Source of the DNA: Gemmatimonadaceae bacterium | Lineage (GTDB): Bacteria > Gemmatimonadota > Gemmatimonadetes > Gemmatimonadales > Gemmatimonadaceae | Reading direction: 5' to 3' | Assembly (NCBI GenBank): GCA_044224875.1 | Contig: JBGAJQ010000001.1 | Location: forward strand, 1-64,000 | DNA: 64,000 nt | Shown here: in pieces, positions 57,340-64,000 of the stretch | Numbering within the stretch: the stretch's first letter is position 1 | Layout of the letters: each line of letters starts with the position of its first letter | Made by a program: the position numbers and the translations under genes | Notes under the pieces: model-generated | What the model was told of the DNA's origin: nothing | The model's database searches: none | Seen by the model: only the letters and a program-made list of their open reading frames with translations

Positions 57340-59373
57340 TCAGGCAGGGCGCGCCAGAGCCTTGGCTACGTCGACGACGTGTTGCACCGTCAGCCCAAAC
57401 TCGGCGTAAATCTTCTGGTACGGCGCCGACGCCCCGAAGTGGTCTACTCCGATCATCACACCGTGTTCGCCAAGAAAGCGCGACCACGACATCGAATGGG
57501 CCGCCTCCACCGCCACCCGTGGAATGCCTTCCGGAAGCACGGAGGCGCGGTAGTCGGCACCCTGGGCCAGGAATAGTTCGTGGCTCGGCATGCTCACCAC
57601 CCGTACGCAAATGTCGAACTCGTCATCCAGGCGTTGCTGCGCAGCCAGCGCGATCTCCACCTCGGATCCGCTCGCAAGGAGCACCACCGCTGGCTTGCCG
57701 CAGGGACACTCCACCAGAACGTACCCACCGCGGGCGACCTCACTTGCAGGGGCGCGCCGTGGATGATCGATGAACTTCACTTTCTGGCGCGTCAGCGCCA
57801 GCGCCACCGGGCCCGATGTGTGCTGAATGGCCACTCGCCAGGCCTCCGCCGTCTCGGCGGAATCCGCCGGGCGCAGCACGGTCACGTTCGGGATACAACG
57901 CAAGGCCGTGAGATGCTCGATCGGCTGGTGCGTTGGCCCGTCTTCACCCAACCCAATTGAGTCGTGCGTGAAGACATAGATGACGCGCTGGTGCATGAGC
58001 GCCGCCAGACGAATGGCCGGCTTCATGTAGTCGCTGAAGACCAGGAAGGTGCCGCCGTAGGGAATCACCCCGCCATGCAGCGCCATACCGTTCATCATTG
58101 CGCCCATGGCGTGTTCACGCACGCCAAAGTGCACGTTGCGGCCGACGGGAGATTCCGGCGTGAACCGTGGCGCATCCTTGATGAGCGTGAGGTTTGACCC
58201 GGTGAGGTCCGCCGATCCGCCGAACAACTCCGGAACCTTGCCGGCAATCGAGTTGAGTACGATGCCCGAAGCGGCGCGCGTCGCCATCGTGCCGTTCTCG
58301 GCGTTGAACGCGGGCACGGACTGCTGCCAGCCTGTCGGCAACTCGCCCTGCATGCGTCGCCCAAACTCCTTGGCGTCGTCGGGGTGCGATTTGGCATACC
58401 CGATGAGCGCGCGGCGCCACTGATCGTGTTCGACGGCGCCGCGTTCACGAGCAAGCCGCCAATGCTCGAGAGCGTTCGACGGAATGTAGAACGCGTCCGT
58501 GCTCGGCCACTTCAGGTTCTGCTTGACGAGCAGGATTTCCGCGGCACCTAACGGCTCACCGTGCGCCTTGGCTGTATCCTGTCGATTCGGCGACCCGTAG
58601 CCAATGTGTGTGCGTGTGATGATGAGTGACGGCCGATCACGGTCGGCGCGTGCCTGCTCGATCGCGTGGTCGATCGCCCCAAGGTCGTTCACGTCGTGAA
58701 TGTGCAGCACCTGCCAACCGTAGGACTCGAATCGCTCGGCGACATTGTCGGTAAACGTCAGGTCCGTGGGGCCGTCGATGGAAATACGGTTGTCGTCGTA
58801 AAAGCCGATCAGCTTCCCCAACCGGAAGTGGCCGGCAAAGCTGGCGGCCTCGTGCGAGATGCCTTCCATCAAGCAGCCATCCCCGCAAATGAACCAGGTG
58901 GTATGATCCACCACGGTGTGCCCCGGGCGGTTGAAGCTGGCGGCAAGATGCGCTTCGGCGGCCGCCATCCCGACCGCGTTCGCCAGCCCCTGGCCCAGGG
59001 GACCCGTGGTGGTCTCGACACCGGGTGTGTGTCCGTACTCCGGATGTCCCGGCGTCCGGCTGCCCCACTGCCGGAAGGCCTTGATGTCATCCAGCGCGAC
59101 GTCATATCCGCTCAGATGCAACGAGCCATAAAGCAGCATCGACGCGTGGCCGTTCGAGAGAACGAATCGGTCACGATTTGGCCATGTGGGGTCGGCAGGA
59201 TTGTGCCGCATGTGGCGCGTAAACAGCGAGTAGGCGAGGGGCGCCAAACCGAGCGGCGCACCGGGATGGCCGCTGTCGGCCTGCTGCACGGCGTCGATTG
59301 CCAGCGTGCGTAGCGTGTTGACGCACAACTCGTCGAGCGACAAGGCGGTCGTCGCCTCGGCGGATGAAGCCAC
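57340..59373 (-). CDS. tkt: Transketolase
   Basis: [55 protein letters not shown] start with GGGGAGG RBS. Confidence 0.97.
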   Translation of the reverse strand: MASSAEATTALSLDELCVNTLRTLAIDAVQQADSGHPGAPLGLAPLAYSLFTRHMRHNPADPTWPNRDRFVLSNGHASMLLYGSLHLSGYDVALDDIKAFRQWGSRTPGHPEYGHTPGVETTTGPLGQGLANAVGMAAAEAHLAASFNRPGHTVVDHTTWFICGDGCLMEGISHEAASFAGHFRLGKLIGFYDDNRISIDGPTDLTFTDNVAERFESYGWQVLHIHDVNDLGAIDHAIEQARADRDRPSLIITRTHIGYGSPNRQDTAKAHGEPLGAAEILLVKQNLKWPSTDAFYIPSNALEHWRLARERGAVEHDQWRRALIGYAKSHPDDAKEFGRRMQGELPTGWQQSVPAFNAENGTMATRAASGIVLNSIAGKVPELFGGSADLTGSNLTLIKDAPRFTPESPVGRNVHFGVREHAMGAMMNGMALHGGVIPYGGTFLVFSDYMKPAIRLAALMHQRVIYVFTHDSIGLGEDGPTHQPIEHLTALRCIPNVTVLRPADSAETAEAWRVAIQHTSGPVALALTRQKVKFIDHPRRAPASEVARGGYVLVECPCGKPAVVLLASGSEVEIALAAQQRLDDEFDICVRVVSMPSHELFLAQGADYRASVLPEGIPRVAVEAAHSMSWSRFLGEHGVMIGVDHFGASAPYQKIYAEFGLTVQHVVDVAKALARPA

Positions 59374-59573
59374 GTCGTCCTCCCCAGGAGGGCTGATGTT
59401 GGGCGACAACCCTCTCACGCGGCGTGGAACAGCGGTGGCCGGAGAGGGAACGAACGCCACCAAAATTAGTCCAAACCAAGCCGTCGCGCTGGCCCCGGCG
59501 CCGACTCGGAGCCAGCCGCGAGATCATTGCCAACGCTACTCTCCCTCTCGGCCCTGGTCCCGCATATTACGAA

Positions 59574-61049
59574 ATGTCGAAATCTCAACACCCGCCCCGC
59601 TCGAGTCGGCTCCGATCGTTCATTCTGTCCGGATTGGCCGCGCTCGCCGCGGTCCTTGGCGCCCCTCGCCACATCCATGGTCAAGACCCTGCTCCATCCG
59701 CGGAGCGCGAACTCGCCCGTTCCATTCTCAAGGAACTGATCGAGATCAATACCACGCAGTCGGTCGGGAGCACGCGGAAGGCCGCCGAGGCCATGGCCGC
59801 GCGGCTGCGGAGTGCCGGATACGAGGATCGGGACATTTCCATTGTCGGTCCGGAAGGCGAGCGCAAGAATTTGATCGTTAGGCTGCGCGGCGCGTCGCAG
59901 GGTCCGGCCCGCAAGGCCCTGCTGTTGATGGCCCACACCGACGTCGTGGAAGCCAAGCGTGACGACTGGTCCAGCGATCCCTTCGTCTTTCGGGTGGACA
60001 GTGCGTCCTTTTACGGCCGCGGCACGATCGACAACAAGTCCGGCGCCGCGATGCTCGTGGCCAACATGATGCGCTGGAAACGCGAGGGATTCGTCCCGGA
60101 TCGCGACATCATCATGCTGCTGACCACGGACGAGGAAACCGACGCGGTGGCGGGGATCCAGTACGTGCTGAAGAACCACCGCGATCTCGTGGACGCCGAG
60201 TTTTGCCTGAATACGGATGGTGGCGGTGTGGAGCTGAAGAATGGCCACCCGAGCCTGAATGTTGTTGGAGCTGCCGAGAAAGTCTATCAGAGCTTCACGC
60301 TCGAAGTCCGGAACCGAGGCGGACATTCGTCCGTTCCACGCAAGGACAATGCGATCTACCAGCTTTCCAAGGCGCTGGTGAAGCTGTCGGGGTATGCCTT
60401 CCCGGTGCAGCTCAACGACGTTACGCGCACCATGTTCGAACGCTCCGGGAAGGTCGAACGCGGCCAGGTGGGAGCCGATATGCGCGCCATTGCCGCATCG
60501 AATGGCAAGGCACTGGGTGCGGTGCATCGCTTGGCCCAGAGCCCCATCTACAACTCCCTCATGCGCACCACGTGCGTCGCCACCCTGCTGGAGGGCGGCC
60601 ACGCCGACAACGCACTCCCGCAGCTTGCCCGCGCCACCGTCAACTGCCGGATGCTTCCCGGCTCCAAGGTGGAGGAGGTTCGGCAGGCATTGGCAAACGC
60701 GACCGGAGATACAGCCGTCGTGGTGAAACCGGTCGCTCCCTTTGCCATCGAGAGTCCGGCATCCCCGGTGCGAGCGGACCTGCTCGCCATCCTGGACCGG
60801 CTGACGGCCAAGCACTACGCCGGTGCCACAGTCGTTCCGGCCATGGAAACCGGTGCCTCCGACGGACTCTTCCTTCGCAATGCTGGTATTCCCACCTACA
60901 ATACAGGAGCGATCGCCGGCGACCCCGACGATGACCGCGCGCACGGTCGCGACGAACGTGTGCTCGAGCAGTCGTACTACGACGCAACGCAGTTCTGGTT
61001 CGACCTCGTGAAGTCGATCACGACCCCCGGAGTCACCACCAAGAGCTGA
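59574..61049 (+). CDS. Secreted M20/M25/M40 family metallopeptidase
   Basis: Signal peptide; AHTDVV, GRGTIDNK, TDEE, GGHSS, AHG.DER. Confidence 0.9.
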   Translation: MSKSQHPPRSSRLRSFILSGLAALAAVLGAPRHIHGQDPAPSAERELARSILKELIEINTTQSVGSTRKAAEAMAARLRSAGYEDRDISIVGPEGERKNLIVRLRGASQGPARKALLLMAHTDVVEAKRDDWSSDPFVFRVDSASFYGRGTIDNKSGAAMLVANMMRWKREGFVPDRDIIMLLTTDEETDAVAGIQYVLKNHRDLVDAEFCLNTDGGGVELKNGHPSLNVVGAAEKVYQSFTLEVRNRGGHSSVPRKDNAIYQLSKALVKLSGYAFPVQLNDVTRTMFERSGKVERGQVGADMRAIAASNGKALGAVHRLAQSPIYNSLMRTTCVATLLEGGHADNALPQLARATVNCRMLPGSKVEEVRQALANATGDTAVVVKPVAPFAIESPASPVRADLLAILDRLTAKHYAGATVVPAMETGASDGLFLRNAGIPTYNTGAIAGDPDDDRAHGRDERVLEQSYYDATQFWFDLVKSITTPGVTTKS

Positions 61050-61051
61050 AG

Positions 61052-61966
61052 ATGGCGCACCAGCGCAAGCCCCAGCCGAGTGCCCGGCATCGAAGTCTGG
61101 ACGACCCCACGACGGCGCGCGACTTCCTTCGCGATGTGCAGGAGGGCGTCTACATCAGTGACCTCAAGGGCCAGGTGCTGGACGCGAATCCCGCCTTCCT
61201 CGAGATCTTTGGCGTGTCGTCCCTGGAGGAGCTGTCGAAGAAGTCGGTGGTGGACTTCCTGGTGGACCCGGAGCGTCGCACGTTGGAGCTGTCGATGCTC
61301 GAACGCGATGGTGTGGTGAAGGACTTCGAGCTGGAAATCCGTCGCCCTGACGGACATCACCGCATGGTCAGGGACACGATGCACAGCGTGCGCGACCCGC
61401 TCACCGGTGAGCTGTATATGCACGGTATCCTGGACGACATCACGCGCGCCAAGGAGATGGAAGCGCAGCTCCACGAACAGCTGATCCGCGACGCCCTCAC
61501 CGGATGCTACAATCGCCGCTTTTTGCTGGACCTCGGCGAACGGATGAGCGCTGAGGGAGAATCCCGATGGGGATGCATCTTCATCGATATCGACCACTTC
61601 AAGCTGTACAACGACGCCTACGGACATCGCAGCGGTGATCAGGTGTTGCAAAAGATTGCCCGGTTCCTCCTGCGTCAGGTGCGCGCGGAGGAACCAGTCG
61701 TCCGGATCGGCGGCGACGAGTTTCTGATCGTGCTGGTTGGCGACAACGCAACGCGCACCGAACACGTGGCCCAGCGGCTTCAACACGCTGCCGCACGCAG
61801 CGCGCCGGTTGCCTTCTCACTGGGGTGGGCCGAGCGGTACGGCCACGAATCGTTCGATGCCACGGTGGATCGCGCCGACAAAAACCTCATTGGCGTTCGG
61901 GTCTTAACGCGCTCCGGCGATCATCCAAAGCTCCCGGACGAAATGGAGCGGCGAAAGGCACGCTAG
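61052..61966 (+). CDS. PAS-domain diguanylate cyclase
   Basis: PAS (DANPAF...DDIT), DALTG..NRR, DIDHFKLYNDAYGH..GD, RIGGDEF. Confidence 0.92.
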   Translation: MAHQRKPQPSARHRSLDDPTTARDFLRDVQEGVYISDLKGQVLDANPAFLEIFGVSSLEELSKKSVVDFLVDPERRTLELSMLERDGVVKDFELEIRRPDGHHRMVRDTMHSVRDPLTGELYMHGILDDITRAKEMEAQLHEQLIRDALTGCYNRRFLLDLGERMSAEGESRWGCIFIDIDHFKLYNDAYGHRSGDQVLQKIARFLLRQVRAEEPVVRIGGDEFLIVLVGDNATRTEHVAQRLQHAAARSAPVAFSLGWAERYGHESFDATVDRADKNLIGVRVLTRSGDHPKLPDEMERRKAR

Positions 61967-62040
61967 CCCGCCAGAGGCGCTGGCTGTGCAAGTCAGCGTA
62001 CGCTTGACGTCTCCTTGGCACACCCAGCCAGGATATCGTT

Positions 62041-64000
62041 ATGCGTGGTCTCCGCTATCTCATTGCCCTGCTGTCGCTTCCAATGGTCCTCGAGGCCCAG
62101 GGCCGACTCATACCGCGTCCCTGCGTCCAGCAACCACCGCCAGGCTGTGGCGAACGCGAAGACTGTCGGATCCCGGTGGCTCCGTGCCCCGCAGGGAATC
62201 CGATCATTCGCACATCTTCCCAGGTCCACGCGGAACTCGTTGGGCGTGCCGTGCGCTATGAGGTCACGGAGACGTTCCTGAATCGTGGCGCTGCCGTCGG
62301 CGAGGCGGACTACGTGTTTCCGATTCCAGCCGGCGCCGCCTTTGAAGCGCTGCAGCTTTCGATCAACGGTGAAATGGTCTCTGGTGAAACGCTTCCTGCC
62401 GACCAGGCTCGCGCGATCTATGAGTCGATCGTCCGGCGCATGCGTGACCCTGCGCTCGTTGAATGGATGGGCAGCGGCATGCTACGTACTCGGATCTTTC
62501 CAATCGCGCCGGGTGAAGAGAAGAAGGTCGTGGTTCGATTTCAGGCCCTCGCGCGGCGCGAAGGCAGCGCCATTCGCGTGGACTACGTACGTGGCACCCA
62601 GCCATCGATCACCTCTCCTTCGCCGCGCCCGTTCGTACAGGACGCCGCGCTGCGGCGCACCGCCGTGGAGAACAACAGCGAGAGCGCAGACGTGTTCACC
62701 CTCACGTACCCGCGCTCTGACGAGCTTGGGGAGGCGTACTCACCAACCCACACGTTGCGTCGCCGCGTTCGCGGGGACCTGCGCATTGTGGCTGCCGAAG
62801 GCGATTCGCGGGAGGTGACGATCCTGTTGCCGCTGAGGCGGCCGGACGCCGCATCTATCTCGGTGCTAGCGCATCGCCCCAACGCCGGTGAGGGCGGGTA
62901 CGCGCTGATCGCGATTACCCCGCCAGCTGCACCGTCCCGCACCACACCGCGCGACGTGACGTTTGTGGTCGACGTATCAGGCTCCATGCGTGGAGAGAAG
63001 CTGAGTCAGGCGAAGGCGGCCGGCCGCGCCATACTGGGTTCACTGAGCCCGCGTGACCGCTTCCGCATCATTGCCTTCTCCACCGATGTGCGTTCCTTCC
63101 GTGATGAATGGAGCGTCGCCAGCGCCGGCAACATTTCGGCGGCCCGGCGTTACGTGGAGGATCTGCAGGCTGAAGGATCCACCAACATCTCTGGAGCGCT
63201 TGAAGAAGCCTTGTCCACGCCGTCCACTGACGGCCGGCTGCCACTCGTCGTGTTCGTCACGGATGGCGAGCCAACGGTTGGGGAGCGATCGCCTGACGCG
63301 ATTGCCGCGCACGTCGCGCGTCAGCGTCATGAATCGCGTCTCTTTACGTTCGGCGTGTCGGCCGACGTCAACACGGGGCTGATCGAACAGCTCGCGCTCG
63401 AAGGTCGCGGAACGGCACACTTCGTACGTACGGGTGAATCGGTGGAGCGCGCGGTGTCGTTGCTCGCTTCGCGCCTGACAAGTCCCGTCATCACCGACGT
63501 GCGCGTGCGAGGTGACGGTGTGACCTTGCGCCAGCTACAACCACAACTCCCCACCGACCTGTATGCCGGGCAAGACCTGATCGTGCTGGCGCGTTACGAC
63601 GGTGATGGTGCAGCGACCATCCGTCTGGATGGCCAGAGCGTCGATGGTCCTGTCCACTGGTCCACCTCGGCCACCTTCCCGGCGCGAGACCGCGAGAACC
63701 CATTCGTGGGCCGTCTGTGGGCCGCCCAGCGCATTGGATGGCTGGCCGCCGAACGTCGCAAGCACGGTGGTACGACTGAACTGGACCAGGAGATCAAGTC
63801 GTTAGGTGAGCAGTTCGGAATTCCTACGGAGTTTTCGTCGTATCTCGTGGTGGAGCCAGGCATGAACGTGCGGGAGATGGCACAGGACGTTCGTCGCCGT
63901 GGGGGGAGCAGTGCGCCGAATGCGGCGCCGCTGCCGGCGTCGGTTGGCCGCGCCGCGGATGCCGAGATGCGATTCGAGGCGGCGAAGTCAGCCGCCGGCC
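62041..64000 (+). CDS. Secreted VIT + von Willebrand factor A domain protein (3' truncated)
   Basis: Translated by hand from ATG 62041 (absent from the ORF track because there is no stop in the window): MRGLRYLIALLSLPMVLEAQ signal; VIT motifs YEVTETFLN, YVFPIP, ARAIYESIV...DPALVE, IFPI; vWA MIDAS DVSGSM, GSTNI, VFVTDGEP. Confidence 0.88.
   Translation, partial: MRGLRYLIALLSLPMVLEAQGRLIPRPCVQQPPPGCGEREDCRIPVAPCPAGNPIIRTSSQVHAELVGRAVRYEVTETFLNRGAAVGEADYVFPIPAGAAFEALQLSINGEMVSGETLPADQARAIYESIVRRMRDPALVEWMGSGMLRTRIFPIAPGEEKKVVVRFQALARREGSAIRVDYVRGTQPSITSPSPRPFVQDAALRRTAVENNSESADVFTLTYPRSDELGEAYSPTHTLRRRVRGDLRIVAAEGDSREVTILLPLRRPDAASISVLAHRPNAGEGGYALIAITPPAAPSRTTPRDVTFVVDVSGSMRGEKLSQAKAAGRAILGSLSPRDRFRIIAFSTDVRSFRDEWSVASAGNISAARRYVEDLQAEGSTNISGALEEALSTPSTDGRLPLVVFVTDGEPTVGERSPDAIAAHVARQRHESRLFTFGVSADVNTGLIEQLALEGRGTAHFVRTGESVERAVSLLASRLTSPVITDVRVRGDGVTLRQLQPQLPTDLYAGQDLIVLARYDGDGAATIRLDGQSVDGPVHWSTSATFPARDRENPFVGRLWAAQRIGWLAAERRKHGGTTELDQEIKSLGEQFGIPTEFSSYLVVEPGMNVREMAQDVRRRGGSSAPNAAPLPASVGRAADAEMRFEAAKSAAG

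Larger units (their letters stand above)
370..63806. repeat. Dispersed heptamer CGTTAGG/CCTAACG (34 exact copies counted by eye)
   Basis: CGTTAGG at 370, 2773, 3736, 4249, 4707, 12496, 13077, 14213, 17262, 21757, 26888, 31017, 31789, 32245, 35137, 37880, 39638, 42522, 45991, 54121, 59876, 63800; CCTAACG at 5072, 5599, 5630, 8186, 17933, 24592, 37103, 46562, 49043, 50108, 55789, 58547. Confidence 0.8.

Noticed and set aside
59466..60944. 492-aa antisense ORF inside the M20 peptidase gene
   Set aside because: Same shadow-ORF explanation.
370..63806. CRISPR, REP or telomere-like interpretation of the GTTAGG motif
   Set aside because: Copies are isolated 7-mers with no regular spacing, no extended conserved flanks, no tandem arrays and no cas genes.
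1..64000. tRNA, rRNA, IS, integrase or prophage features
   Set aside because: None recognisable by eye; a tRNAscan or Infernal run would be needed to exclude small RNAs.

Overview
High-GC (about 65%) bacterial chromosomal window, densely coding, with about 61 CDSs. I saw no rRNA, tRNA, CRISPR array, transposase, integrase or phage genes. The gene content (carboxypeptidase-regulatory-like surface protein, TonB-plug lipoprotein, many lipoproteins) suggests Gemmatimonadota, which is an inference. Main blocks: (i) mixed small genes at 1-22 kb, including AlaX, a GMC oxidoreductase pair, an ECF sigma/anti-sigma pair, yjcH-actP and a PLP decarboxylase; (ii) a glycogen operon with glgP, glgA and two GH57 genes (22.4-30.1 kb); (iii) directly downstream on the same strand, an uncharacterised amide-ligase cluster with four ATP-grasp enzymes, two GCS2-type carboxylate-amine ligases, two esterases and a PuuD-like gamma-glutamyl hydrolase (30.2-41.7 kb); (iv) a mycobacterial Sdh1-like succinate dehydrogenase operon; (v) an orphan Tat-signal LanC-like protein paired with a second PLP decarboxylase, then tkt, an M20 peptidase, a PAS-GGDEF protein and a truncated VIT-vWA gene. 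The two strongest leads are the six-ligase cluster attached to the glycogen operon and a non-palindromic heptamer, CGTTAGG/CCTAACG. I counted 34 exact copies of it by eye against about 7-8 expected from base composition. It often uses rare codons, supplies stop codons, and clusters around a small AP2-like, histone-tail-like DNA-binding protein gene. Start codons are my best estimates, and family calls come from motif recognition, not database searches.
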